Positions 24,938-35,086 are shown, counted from the first letter of the stretch. The stretch: DNA of 38,637 nt from an uncultured Methanosarcinales archaeon (GCA_964570335.1 CAZMXQ010000001.1:1-38637); one strand, 5' to 3'. The notes: generated by a model not told the origin, from the letters alone. Numbers and translations are program-made.

Positions 24938-25004
24938 AAAAGGGAGATTAACGATAAAAGATGATATTGTTTAAAAATCAGGAATGAGATATTTGCGGGA
25001 TGGT

Positions 25005-28000
25005 ATGATGACTATAAAGGGTTGCAAAGGGGCCATATTCGATCTTGATGGTGTTATCACGGAGACAGCAAAGATACACTTCTTGGCGTGGAAGTCAATG
25101 TTTGATGAGTTCTTGAAGGAGAAAGGCATGGATGAGTTCTCAGAGAAAGATTATATTGATTATGTAGACGGGAAGCCTAGGTATGATGGTGTAAAGAGTT
25201 TCCTTGAAAGCCGCAAGATAAGGATACCTTACGGAAAGAGCTATGACTCTGGAGATATCAAGTCTGTTTGTGGACTAGGTAATAAAAAGAATGCTGAATA
25301 CCAGAAGATAATAAAGGAGAAGAAACCAAAAGTCTTCAAGAGCGGTATAACACTTATCAAGAAGCTTAAGAAGGAAGGTGTCAAAGTAGGCATCGCTTCC
25401 TCTAGTAAGAATACAAGACTTATCCTGAAGCTTGCTGAGATAGAACATCTCTTTGATTCTGTTGTCGATGGTATCGTCTCAGAGGAGGAAGGCCTCAACG
25501 GAAAACCTGAGCCAGATATATTCGTAGAGTCTGCGAGAAGAATCGGTGTAAGACCACAGCAGAGCATTGTCTTTGAAGACGCTATATCAGGAGTAAAGGC
25601 TGGCAAGAATGGCTGTTTCGGTCTTGTTGTTGGCGTGAAGAGAGGTAACAATCCTTTGAAACCTGCAGACATTGTAGTAGATAGCTTGAGCAAGCTAACA
25701 CTCTCTAAGATAAGGGAGTGGTTCTCTTCTGGAATTGAGAAGAAAGGATGGTATATAGACTATTATAGTTATGATCCTGAAGGTGAACCTGTGCGTGAGG
25801 CCATGAGTACTGTAGGTAATGGTTACATGGGTACTAGGGGATGCCATGCTACTGCGGTTGACGACTTAAGGACTCATTATCCAGGTACTTACATAGCGGG
25901 TCTTTTCAATAGCCTCTCTACAAAAGTACATGGCGAGGATGTATGGAACAACGACCTCGTAAACTGCCCTAATTGGCTCTTGTGCGAGATAACAATCGGA
26001 AGAGATAGGGTCAATCCTTTTGATTGCGAAATAATAGATTATCACCAGAGGATAGATATGCGCCATGGGAAGCTTATACAGGAGATGGTCTTCAAGGATG
26101 AGAAGGAGAGAGTGATGAGATTGAAGACGACAAGATTTGTCAGCATGCATGATAAGCATAAGTCTTTCATAAGATATTCATTGACTCCGATTAATTTTGA
26201 GTCCAAGGTCACGATAACATCGTATATAGATGGTGGTGTGATAAACAACAATGTAGAAAGATACAGGCAATTGAATTCAAAACATCTTGAGAATCTAAGA
26301 AAAGGCAGGAAGGCTGAGCGTATCTATGTAGCAGCTACCACTAAGAATTCCAGGCATGATATTGTGGTCAGCGCACATCATAGATTGAAGGCAAATGGAC
26401 GGAGAAAGCAGTCAAGCAATTCTACCAAGAAAGAGAAAGAGAGTACAGGTGAGAAGATAGTCTTTGATGCAAAGAAGAACAAAAGGTATGATGTGGAGAA
26501 ATATGTCAGTATATTCACCTCGATAGATTCTGATGATCCTATAAGGGATTCTTTGAATCTAAGTTTCGGAAGCTTTGAATCGGAATCGAGAAAACATGTG
26601 GATTCATGGGCAAGGCTTTGGGACAAGGCAGATATGAAAATCGAAGGTGATATATGGGCACAGAAGATATCGCGTTTGTATGCTTACCATCTATTGAGCA
26701 CTGCATCGCCTCATAATCATGATATAGATGCTGGTATGCCTGCGAGAGGATTGCATGGGGAGGGGTATAGAGGACATATATTCTGGGATGAGCTTTACAT
26801 CCTGCCATTCTACAACTTAAGGTTCCCAGATATTGCGAGATCATTGCTTCGCTATAGGCAGAGAAGGCTTCCTGCTGCTATAAGGAATGCTATGCAAGAG
26901 GGTCAGAAAGGGGCTATGTATCCATGGCAGAGTGCTGACTCTGGTGGTGAAGAGACACAGACAGTGCACTATAATCCGAAGAGTGGAAAATGGGATCCTG
27001 ACCTGAGCAGGAGGCAGAGGCATGTCTCCATAGCCATTTTCTACAATTTCTGGAAATACTATGAGATGACTGGGGATAAGGATTTCCTTGAAGAGTCTGG
27101 CATGAATACCATGCTTGAGATTGCAAGGTTCTGGGAAGGTCTTTCCAAGTATGACAAGAAGACAGGTAAGTATCATATAGAAGGGGTCATGGGTCCAGAT
27201 GAATTCCATGAGAAGCTTCCGAAATCTAAGAAGCCTGGATTGAAGGACAATGCCTATACCAATATAATGGTGTCTTGGCTGTTGAAGAAATCTGTCGAGC
27301 TAGCCGAGTTATCACCTGATAAAACATGCGTTTCTAACGAGGAGCTAAAGAATTGGAAAGATATCTCTGAGAACCTTAATGTGAATCATGAGAGAGGAAT
27401 AATAGAACAATTCGATGGATACTTCAAGCTGCCCGAACTTGATTGGAACCGTTATAAGAAAAAGTATGGTGATATACATAGGATGGACAGGATACTGAAG
27501 GCAGAAGGCAGATCTCCTGATAATTATAAGGTTTCCAAGCAAGCTGACACATTGATGCCCTTCTATAATATAGATCTTGAAGAGGTTGTTAGTATATTGA
27601 AATCGATGGGTATAAAGATAAATAACCCAGAATCATTCTTCAAGAAGAACTATAGATATTATGAAAGCAGGACAAGCCACGGTTCATCTCTCAGCAAGAT
27701 AGTGCATGGTGTGATATCAAGCCATCTTGGTGATGAGACTGTGACAAGGAAGTTCTTGGAAGAGTCGCTCTCTGCAGATATATCTGAGAGGATAAGGAAA
27801 GATACTTCTGATGGGATACATTGTGGATTAATGGCAGGCACCATAGATTTCATAATAAGAAGGTATGGTGGTGTGAACTATCATAAGCCTATCATCGAGA
27901 TCGATCCAGATCTTCCTGCAGATTGGAATGGCCTTTCATTCAAGTTGATACATCGTGGAGTGACATACGAGTTCCACATAGGTGATAAGACTACAATAAT

Positions 28001-28076
28001 ACCAAGCACCGATTCAAGAGTGATCCTAAAGGGAAAGAAACGTATGTTGAAGGGGAAGAAGAAGAATGTGTTTTAG
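25005..28076 (+). CDS. Fusion protein: beta-phosphoglucomutase (HAD-IA) + glycoside hydrolase family 65 disaccharide phosphorylase
   Basis: The N-terminal beta-PGM motifs are AIFDLDGVITETA, GIASSSKN and FEDAISGVKAGKNG. The GH65 part contains GHIFWDELYILPFY (catalytic acid region), SKQADTLMPFY and TSHGSSLS (phosphate-site Ser pair typical of phosphorylases). I chose the start at 25005 from the spacing to the TATA-like TTTAAAAAT at ~24970. Confidence 0.85.
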   Translation: MMTIKGCKGAIFDLDGVITETAKIHFLAWKSMFDEFLKEKGMDEFSEKDYIDYVDGKPRYDGVKSFLESRKIRIPYGKSYDSGDIKSVCGLGNKKNAEYQKIIKEKKPKVFKSGITLIKKLKKEGVKVGIASSSKNTRLILKLAEIEHLFDSVVDGIVSEEEGLNGKPEPDIFVESARRIGVRPQQSIVFEDAISGVKAGKNGCFGLVVGVKRGNNPLKPADIVVDSLSKLTLSKIREWFSSGIEKKGWYIDYYSYDPEGEPVREAMSTVGNGYMGTRGCHATAVDDLRTHYPGTYIAGLFNSLSTKVHGEDVWNNDLVNCPNWLLCEITIGRDRVNPFDCEIIDYHQRIDMRHGKLIQEMVFKDEKERVMRLKTTRFVSMHDKHKSFIRYSLTPINFESKVTITSYIDGGVINNNVERYRQLNSKHLENLRKGRKAERIYVAATTKNSRHDIVVSAHHRLKANGRRKQSSNSTKKEKESTGEKIVFDAKKNKRYDVEKYVSIFTSIDSDDPIRDSLNLSFGSFESESRKHVDSWARLWDKADMKIEGDIWAQKISRLYAYHLLSTASPHNHDIDAGMPARGLHGEGYRGHIFWDELYILPFYNLRFPDIARSLLRYRQRRLPAAIRNAMQEGQKGAMYPWQSADSGGEETQTVHYNPKSGKWDPDLSRRQRHVSIAIFYNFWKYYEMTGDKDFLEESGMNTMLEIARFWEGLSKYDKKTGKYHIEGVMGPDEFHEKLPKSKKPGLKDNAYTNIMVSWLLKKSVELAELSPDKTCVSNEELKNWKDISENLNVNHERGIIEQFDGYFKLPELDWNRYKKKYGDIHRMDRILKAEGRSPDNYKVSKQADTLMPFYNIDLEEVVSILKSMGIKINNPESFFKKNYRYYESRTSHGSSLSKIVHGVISSHLGDETVTRKFLEESLSADISERIRKDTSDGIHCGLMAGTIDFIIRRYGGVNYHKPIIEIDPDLPADWNGLSFKLIHRGVTYEFHIGDKTTIIPSTDSRVILKGKKRMLKGKKKNVF

Positions 28077-28092
28077 ATGCTTCTATGACCCA

Positions 28093-28866
28093 TCAGAATC
28101 CTGATAATCTTTCCTGTCCTTTCGGTAGGATGAAGTCCAACTCTTTCTGGACATCAGAAGTAAGTATGACCTTGTTATCTTTATTGATGTAGAAATCCAT
28201 CTCTGACCTGACACCGAAGGGCGCATCAAGATGCCTGAAGTACAATCCTGGCTCTACTGTGTATGGCATCATCTTTGATATCTTGTTAGGATTTCTTGGC
28301 GTTATACCTCTGTTGCTCTTCCAACCATGTACAAGCCTCTGCGTCATAGAATGACCTGTACTGTGCAAGAAGTATGCTCCTAGCTTGTGCTCATTCAAAG
28401 CATCACGGACTATTGAATCGCACCTATTTGATGCAGGAAGCTTCTTATCCTGCAATGAGTCTCTGAGGAAAGAGATCATGGCATCCCTTGATGATATAAC
28501 AGCTTCAAATGCTCGCAAGAGTTTAGGGCTTGCATGCCTACCCTTGTAGAACATCCAAGTCATATCTGCATATACTCCATTAGGTATATGGCCCCATATG
28601 TCGAGAAGTATTGGCATCTCGTCTTTAAGCCTCAATGAGTTTGTTGTGGGAAAATAATGAACGAACGAGGTATTCCTGCCGAATGCTACTATCGGGCAAT
28701 CCTTGTCAGTCCTCAGACCATATTCCTTGAATCTCTTGAGTATGAACCTTTTTCCTTCATACTCATCCTTTATGTTGCCATCTGAGATCTCTTTCCTGAA
28801 GTCATCCTTGACCTTGCCAAGGAGTCTTGCCGCCTCTATATGTGTCTTGATGAGTCTTTCTTCCAT
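28093..28866 (-). CDS. M24-family (pita-bread fold) metallopeptidase, catalytic domain only
   Basis: Metal-ligand contexts are LLDIWG, YADMTW, HSTGHS, VEPGLY and VRSEMD. I chose the ATG at 28866; the track opens at TTG 28884. Confidence 0.7.
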   Translation of the reverse strand: MEERLIKTHIEAARLLGKVKDDFRKEISDGNIKDEYEGKRFILKRFKEYGLRTDKDCPIVAFGRNTSFVHYFPTTNSLRLKDEMPILLDIWGHIPNGVYADMTWMFYKGRHASPKLLRAFEAVISSRDAMISFLRDSLQDKKLPASNRCDSIVRDALNEHKLGAYFLHSTGHSMTQRLVHGWKSNRGITPRNPNKISKMMPYTVEPGLYFRHLDAPFGVRSEMDFYINKDNKVILTSDVQKELDFILPKGQERLSGF

Positions 28867-28958
28867 AATACTACTGTGTATCAAGGATATAAAAGGTTTC
28901 TGAAAATGACTGGCAATGGCACATAGATTTTTATACTTCTTTGACTGATTGTCTTTCT

Positions 28959-29477
28959 ATGGTAAGAGCTTCGATGCTTATGGTACTATCTTTTTCTATT
29001 CTCCTCCTCAGCTCTTGTATCTCTATGTCTCCTGATGGTACATACACTGACAGAGAACATGGATTCCAGGTACAGTCTCCTGATGGCTGGGATCATAGGC
29101 AAGACTATGAGATATATCAATTGGATACTATAATAACATTCATCTCTCCAGGCGAGGACGCGATCATATCTTTGTCTTTCCAATCTTCTGACATGGATGT
29201 TGAGGGAGCCCATGATCATATAATGAGTAACACAAGAGAACTTGGAGACTATGATAATATAAGGGTCCGTGATGATGGAGAAGATACTATTGGAGGGAAA
29301 GAGGTTTTTTTCATTGATTATTCTTTCACAGAGTCTCAAGACATAATGATGGCTAGAGATGTACTAGTAGAATCTGATGGTAGAGTATTCCGTATAAGAC
29401 TCATAACTCAACAGGATTCTTTTGAAGAAGGCGAGGATGAATTGGAAAAAGTGATGGAAACACTAGATTTCTCCTAA
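28959..29477 (+). CDS. Predicted lipoprotein, PsbP/DcrB-like fold (hypothetical)
   Basis: The signal peptide has a lipobox-like LLSSC. The mature part begins GFQVQSPDGW, as in PsbP/DUF1795-like proteins. TTTTTATAC lies about 25 nt upstream of the ATG at 28959. Confidence 0.5.
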   Translation: MVRASMLMVLSFSILLLSSCISMSPDGTYTDREHGFQVQSPDGWDHRQDYEIYQLDTIITFISPGEDAIISLSFQSSDMDVEGAHDHIMSNTRELGDYDNIRVRDDGEDTIGGKEVFFIDYSFTESQDIMMARDVLVESDGRVFRIRLITQQDSFEEGEDELEKVMETLDFS

Positions 29478-29498
29478 GATATCGTTTGATGTATTGGT

Positions 29499-32400
29499 CT
29501 ATTCGATCTCATCTTTCTTTTCCATTAGGAACTTGACAAGCTTTGTACTCCATATCTTCGGAACTGTCTCACTTAAGAGGTTGTTCAGCCACTCTTTGAA
29601 TTCTTTTGAGATTCCATCAGTCTCTCCATCAATGAGTCGTAATCCATCATATCTTATCTTCGAGTCAAGGCTTACTTTTCTCGCAGCTCTTTGGAAATCA
29701 TTCCTCAGCTCTGCCTTATGCTCAAGTTCTTTCTCTTTGTTGGCATCCTCTTCCTCTTGCCAATACTTCTCATAGCTGAATTCCCTCTCAAAGAATTCAT
29801 CCCTCTTCTCAAGAACAAAAGAGGCAATCTTCCTGGGCCACTTCTCTACTATCTCATCCTCATGCTTCTGTATCATATCAAAGAAATGGTGTCCTGCATC
29901 TGCTACAGGAGACCCTTTAACAAGGTCGTTTATCATCAATCTTGTTTTGGTAGGTATATCAAGGAGCGAGGCCTGATGGATAAGCTTCTCCTGTTCAGGT
30001 GTAAGCATCTCTTTCTTCCTCTTCTCTTCCATGAACTTCTCTTTCATGTCAGCCATATCTTCCTCTTCTTCTTTCTTACCTGAACCAATCCTTGAGAGGA
30101 CTGACTCGTGCATCCTTTTCAAGAACTCTATCCTGTCTTCCATCTTGAGTATGTCAACATATCCTTGCATTATCAGATTGAAAGAGAATGGTGATGGTAC
30201 TTTAGTATGAATCTCTTCTATCTTTGCTTCTCCAGTCTCTATAGTTCCTATCACATCTTCTGCATGTTTTATGTCCATAAGATCCTCTAAGACCTCCCTC
30301 TTCGCTTCTTTGAGTATCGGGAAGTTTGGGCCTATCCTCTTTACTGAGTTGATAAGAAGCTGCGATGACATCTGCTGTTTGCCTATAGACTTCTGCCTTC
30401 CTCTGTACGATCTCAATATCATCAGTGATCTTGATGCGCAATGCCTGAATCGTCTCTTAAGCACTTCTGAGTGATCCAGCGCAATCTCCATTATCTCTCT
30501 AAGCTCATCCTTCTTCAGCATCTTCAACGCTTTTGCAGCGTCCGCTTTTGCACTCGTGCTCAGATAGAATCCATTATCATCTAATCCTATCTCTACATCC
30601 TTGTGCTGATTCTTTGATATGGCATAAGCTACAGCTCTGGATAGTACATCGTTAGTCCTTCTCCCGAAAAGTGTATGGAATATCATGTACTTCTTTCTTC
30701 CATCATTGTAATGCTCTATGACAATCTTCTTATTATGAGGTATTGTAGCATATAAGAACTGCTCTCTGAAGTACTCGTATATCGCATCCTTTCCATTCTC
30801 ATCGACATGGAGGTAATCATCTACAAAATCTTTTATCGCTTTTTCTTTCTTATCAATATCATTACCATCCTTCTTCTTGAATCGGCTCTCCATATGATGT
30901 CGGAATCTCTGTATCTCTATAGAGAGGTCATAGGATAGTGGTAGAGTCTCTGAGAACCATGATGGGACAGTGGGAGGTTTGCCAAGGGCTGATTGGACTT
31001 GCGCGGTCATGCCCCTGGAATACTTGAATTGATAGGCGCTCCCTCCAAGAACGAACACATCTCCCTTCTCAAGCCTCTCTAAGAAGGATTCATCTATGAC
31101 TCCTATAGGTTCAGTGCCGACTTTGACGACCACACCCCCACTATCGGGGATGGTGCCTATGTTGGTCATGTAGATCAATCTTGCAAGCTTAGACCTTGAT
31201 CCAACCATGCCGTTATCCTTATCATACCATATCTTAGCATATACGCTACGGCTCTCCAAGTCAGAGAATTCTCCGGAAAGATAGTCGATCATACTGTAGA
31301 ATTCTGATCTGTCTAGGCCACTATAAGGATAAGCTCTTCTTACAGTATCGAATATCTCATCGATATGAAGAGGACCGTTTATGGCCATGCCATATATATG
31401 CTGAGCCAGTACATCCAGTGCATTAAAAGGTATGTTTATCTTGTCGATCTTCTTTTCTAGTGCTGCCTTTAGGAGTACTCCGCATTCTACAAGGTCGTCC
31501 CTGCTGAGAACTATTATCCTGCCCATTGCTTTCTCTTTCAGGCTGTGACCTGATCTACCAATTCTCTGGAGTGCCCTTGCCACGGATTTAGGGCTTCCCA
31601 AAAGGATTACGACATCTATCGATCCTATGTCAATACCCAACTCTAAGGATGTTGAAGAGACAACGCACTTCATAAGGCCTTCTTTCATCCCTTTCTCTAT
31701 CTTGAACCTGTGTGATTTGGAGAGAGAGCCATGGTGTGCTCCTATATTTGATTCTCCATAAGACTTAGGAAAACGCTCTTTCAGATTATGCACTACCCTC
31801 TCAGTCGCAGATCTTGTATTGGTGAATATAAGTGTGCTCTTATGATTCTGGACTATGTCATGTATTATCCTATACATGTTGTTCTGCATCTGCTTGTGTG
31901 TAGTATCCATGAAACTCTTGACTGGGCTGAGTACCTTGATATCCATATCTTTTATGAATTGGACATCAACTATATTGCAGTCCCTTTCAGGCGTACCTTT
32001 CTCCATATCATTGTCAACGACTTGTCCTGTCAGATATTTGGCTACCTCATCAAGTGGTGCTACTGTTGCAGAAAGCCCTATTCTTGTGAAGTGTGTGAGA
32101 TTGTTCAACCTCTCTATAGTTATGGAAAGGTGCGATCCTCTCTTATTCTCAGCCAGAGAATGTATCTCATCAATGATGCACCACTCAAGCCCTTTGAGTT
32201 TTTCACTGAACTTTTTAGTATTGATTATTATGGCTAATGACTCTGGTGTTGTAATGAGTATGTGTGGTGGTTTCTTGAGCATGGAAGATTTCTGTGATGA
32301 TGTAGTGTCCCCCGTCCTTACTGCCACCCTTATGTCGAGCTTCTTGTTGAACTTCTTTTTTGCAATCTCTTTTATCTCTTTGAGAGGCGTATTGAGGTTC

Positions 32401-32708
32401 CTCTCTATATCATTAGAGAGTGCTTTCAGAGGGGAGATATAGGTGCAATAGATCCTATCCTCTAGCTTACCTTTCTCGGATAACGATACAAGTTCATCGA
32501 TTATAGTCAGAAAGGCTGAAAGGGTCTTTCCAGAACCAGTAGGTGAGCTGATAAGTGTGTTTTTCTTGTTCTTGATATCCGGAACTGCGAATTTCTGTGG
32601 AGGTGAGAAGCTGCCGAATTTCTGCCTGAACCATTCTTTGGTTATAGGATGAAGTAGCTTGAACACTTCTTCATCTGTCTTCTCCTTTCTCTGATAACGT
32701 ATTGACAT
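29499..32708 (-). CDS. lhr: Lhr-like large superfamily-2 helicase (DEAD/DEAH box plus DEAD/H-associated domain) with ~200-aa C-terminal extension
   Basis: Motif I is SSPTGSGKTLSAF, motif II is IIDEIH, motif III is GLSATV and motif VI is LQRIGRSGH. A long Lhr-core-type region follows. The C-terminal Glu/Lys-rich region has no recognisable motif. Confidence 0.85.
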   Translation of the reverse strand: MSIRYQRKEKTDEEVFKLLHPITKEWFRQKFGSFSPPQKFAVPDIKNKKNTLISSPTGSGKTLSAFLTIIDELVSLSEKGKLEDRIYCTYISPLKALSNDIERNLNTPLKEIKEIAKKKFNKKLDIRVAVRTGDTTSSQKSSMLKKPPHILITTPESLAIIINTKKFSEKLKGLEWCIIDEIHSLAENKRGSHLSITIERLNNLTHFTRIGLSATVAPLDEVAKYLTGQVVDNDMEKGTPERDCNIVDVQFIKDMDIKVLSPVKSFMDTTHKQMQNNMYRIIHDIVQNHKSTLIFTNTRSATERVVHNLKERFPKSYGESNIGAHHGSLSKSHRFKIEKGMKEGLMKCVVSSTSLELGIDIGSIDVVILLGSPKSVARALQRIGRSGHSLKEKAMGRIIVLSRDDLVECGVLLKAALEKKIDKINIPFNALDVLAQHIYGMAINGPLHIDEIFDTVRRAYPYSGLDRSEFYSMIDYLSGEFSDLESRSVYAKIWYDKDNGMVGSRSKLARLIYMTNIGTIPDSGGVVVKVGTEPIGVIDESFLERLEKGDVFVLGGSAYQFKYSRGMTAQVQSALGKPPTVPSWFSETLPLSYDLSIEIQRFRHHMESRFKKKDGNDIDKKEKAIKDFVDDYLHVDENGKDAIYEYFREQFLYATIPHNKKIVIEHYNDGRKKYMIFHTLFGRRTNDVLSRAVAYAISKNQHKDVEIGLDDNGFYLSTSAKADAAKALKMLKKDELREIMEIALDHSEVLKRRFRHCASRSLMILRSYRGRQKSIGKQQMSSQLLINSVKRIGPNFPILKEAKREVLEDLMDIKHAEDVIGTIETGEAKIEEIHTKVPSPFSFNLIMQGYVDILKMEDRIEFLKRMHESVLSRIGSGKKEEEEDMADMKEKFMEEKRKKEMLTPEQEKLIHQASLLDIPTKTRLMINDLVKGSPVADAGHHFFDMIQKHEDEIVEKWPRKIASFVLEKRDEFFEREFSYEKYWQEEEDANKEKELEHKAELRNDFQRAARKVSLDSKIRYDGLRLIDGETDGISKEFKEWLNNLLSETVPKIWSTKLVKFLMEKKDEIE

Positions 32709-32812
32709 GATATCACTAGAATGCTAGTACAAGATGTCGGTAAGGTTCTTTTTAAAAAGATTTTGTACAGGTGTCCTGTGATGGGCCATGCTATGCTAAT
32801 CTCCTCAAAAAG

Positions 32813-32822
32813 CTTTTAAATG
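32813..32822 (+). promoter_or_regulatory. TATA box (CTTTTAAATG), leaderless-type promoter
   Basis: It lies about 27 nt upstream of the ATG at 32845. Confidence 0.4.
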
Positions 32823-32844
32823 ATATAGATATCAAAGAATATAG

Positions 32845-33489
32845 ATGGCAAGAGTCCGACTTGGAGAAAGGCAATTTGCGCACGCTTCCCTCATACTTCT
32901 GTTTACGGGAATATTCTATCTTCTGACACAAGATATCATGTGGACAATGATATCCTTTGCTACTATAGCTATCCATCAAGCTTTTGTAGTTGTGGTGTGG
33001 AGAAGGGAGCTGGTAGGTAATCACCTGACAAAGAGATTCGGAAGGCATTTCTTCAATATATTCATGGTGCTGTCTTATACTCTTTTCATGCTCAGATTTG
33101 TTTCAGCTATTGTAGCATCATTCATGGAAAAGAATACGCTTGATGTCGATCCTCTGGCGATAGTAGCCTTGGTTGTTTTCTTTGGCATATTGAGCATGTG
33201 GGCAATATTGAGTGTGCTTATGTTCTTTGGACTGAAAAGGACAGTGGGTATCGATCATTTCCAGAAATCTGTCTATAGAGATGTTCCCCTAGTTAGGACG
33301 GGAATATTTGCTCTATCTCGCAATGCGATGTATCTATTAGGTATGCTTGCTTTCTTCATCCCTGCATTCTTGGCAGAGTCATCACTAGGGATTTATGTTG
33401 CGCTCTTCAACTACTGCGCGATGTGGGTTCACTATTGGGCTACAGAACTTCCTGATATGCGATACATATATGGAAGAAGACTAAGATGA
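32845..33489 (+). CDS. PEMT/ICMT-family membrane methyltransferase-like protein
   Basis: The protein is multi-TM. Its C-terminal segment LVRTGIFALSRNAMYLLGML...ATELPDMRYIYG resembles the phospholipid / isoprenylcysteine methyltransferase signature (RHPMY-type motif with N in place of H/P). Confidence 0.5.
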   Translation: MARVRLGERQFAHASLILLFTGIFYLLTQDIMWTMISFATIAIHQAFVVVVWRRELVGNHLTKRFGRHFFNIFMVLSYTLFMLRFVSAIVASFMEKNTLDVDPLAIVALVVFFGILSMWAILSVLMFFGLKRTVGIDHFQKSVYRDVPLVRTGIFALSRNAMYLLGMLAFFIPAFLAESSLGIYVALFNYCAMWVHYWATELPDMRYIYGRRLR

Positions 33490-33561
33490 GAAAATCTGTC
33501 TTGCATTGTTTCTATACAAAAAAAGAATATAGAAAAAAAGAAATGAATAGAGCCTAGTGGC

Positions 33562-34815
33562 TCATCTTCTGTTTCTTCCACTTGAGTCCTTCCTGTGTCC
33601 TCTGTGGCCACCATCTCTTGGTTTCCGGCTGTTATCCCTTCTTCCTCTCGGATTGCCTCTAGGACCTCTACGATCATCTCGTGGAGGCTGTTTGACAGTA
33701 GCCTTCGGAACATATGGTGTCTTTACATTCTTCACATTGAAAGACCTGTACTCATTAAGTATCCTTGCAAAATTATCATGGTCCTCTGGTGAAAGAAGGT
33801 TTACCACTTTGCCTTCTTCTCCTGCTCTTGCAGTCCTTCCTATCCTGTGTACATAATCCTTCGGATCGTTAGGTATCTCATAATTGTATATGTGTGATAT
33901 ACCATCAACATGTATACCTCTAGCAGCTACATCTGTGCATACAAGGACATTCTCTTTTCCATTCCTGAATATCTCCATAGCGTTGTTCCTCTTGTTCTGG
34001 GTGAATCCTCCATGAAGACCAACAGCTTCTATTCCGTTAGCTTTCAGACTACTCACTATCAGATCTGTAGCCCTTCTTGTATTACAGAATATCATTACAA
34101 GCTTTGATGTCTCTTGCTTTATCAGATGTACTAGTAGTGATATCTTCAGCTGAGGTATTACATCATAGTATATCTGCTCAAGCCTTTCTGGATCTACTTG
34201 ACTATCTGTCAATACAATTTCAGGATTATCCATGTATTTCTGAGCAAGATATTCCATCTTAGGTGGTATTGTTGCTGAGAACATCAGTGTCTGCCTCTCT
34301 TTAGGGCATGCCTTGATTATGAACTCTATGTCTTCTATGAATCCCATATCAAGCATCCTGTCCGCTTCATCAAGGACTAATGTGTTCAATGCTGAGAAGT
34401 CTACGTTTCCTCTCTGCATGTGATCCTTGAATCTTCCGGGTGTTGTTATTATTATGTCTGCGTTCTTCAGTGCGTGTTCCTGCGGGTCCATTGCAACACC
34501 ACCGTATATAGATGCTGCTTTGAGACCTTTTGGCTTTCCTAGTGCCTTTATATAGTCCATGACCTGCTCTGCAAGCTCCCTTGTGGGTGTTATGACTAGG
34601 CCTTGTACGCCTTTTCCGGGTTCTGCATTCTCTACTATGCCTGTCCCGAATGCAAGTGTCTTTCCTGAGCCTGTTGCAGACTCTCCTATTACATCCTTTC
34701 CTTCAAGGATGAGTGGGATGGACCTCTCCTGTATCTGTGTTGCTTCTGTGAATCCCAACTCCTGTATAGAACTGTTCATCTCTCTACTTAACTCTAGACT
34801 TTCAAAATCTACCAT
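33562..34815 (-). CDS. DEAD-box ATP-dependent RNA helicase with Arg/Gly-rich C-terminal tail
   Basis: A Q-motif region is present. Motif I is ATGSGKTLAF, motif II is VLDEADRMLDMGF, motif III is SAT and motif VI is HRIGRTARAG. The C-terminal tail reads RDDRRGPRGNPRGRRDNSRKPRDGGHRGHR. Confidence 0.9.
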   Translation of the reverse strand: MVDFESLELSREMNSSIQELGFTEATQIQERSIPLILEGKDVIGESATGSGKTLAFGTGIVENAEPGKGVQGLVITPTRELAEQVMDYIKALGKPKGLKAASIYGGVAMDPQEHALKNADIIITTPGRFKDHMQRGNVDFSALNTLVLDEADRMLDMGFIEDIEFIIKACPKERQTLMFSATIPPKMEYLAQKYMDNPEIVLTDSQVDPERLEQIYYDVIPQLKISLLVHLIKQETSKLVMIFCNTRRATDLIVSSLKANGIEAVGLHGGFTQNKRNNAMEIFRNGKENVLVCTDVAARGIHVDGISHIYNYEIPNDPKDYVHRIGRTARAGEEGKVVNLLSPEDHDNFARILNEYRSFNVKNVKTPYVPKATVKQPPRDDRRGPRGNPRGRRDNSRKPRDGGHRGHRKDSSGRNRR

Positions 34816-35076
34816 TTTTCTCTACCTCGTAACTAAGCACTCGCATAGAAAAAGCGAAATGTTGTCGTTGATTAACAAGTGCTTTTTCTGTCCTCATGGA
34901 CGGTATCATGACCGTCTCAAATAGACACACTCTCGTGAATAATTAAGTGCTATTTTGTTTTTCTATCTAAAAAAACAGTGAGTAGTTTATAAATCTTTGT
35001 GATTTCACAGTTGTATCAAGCGATAAATTGCATATCCTGTCATGAAGCTGGTTCTTTGGTCCAAGAGATGAGCAAG

Positions 35077-35086
35077 TTTTTTAAAT
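35077..35086 (+). promoter_or_regulatory. TATA box (TTTTTTAAAT) for rpl15e; leadered mRNA
   Basis: It lies about 70 nt upstream of the ATG at 35154. GGTGAT at 35143..35148 acts as the SD. The predicted leader contains GCGA...GGTTccAACC...TCGC complementarity. Confidence 0.4.

Noticed and set aside
25241-25693. A 150-aa minus-strand ORF inside the beta-PGM/GH65 gene
   Set aside because: It is antisense to the clearly conserved beta-PGM domain and is a shadow ORF.
31788-32442. Plus-strand ORFs of 149 and 195 aa inside the Lhr gene
   Set aside because: They are antisense to a helicase whose conserved motifs are intact. They have low-complexity Ser/Leu/Cys composition and no recognisable motifs.
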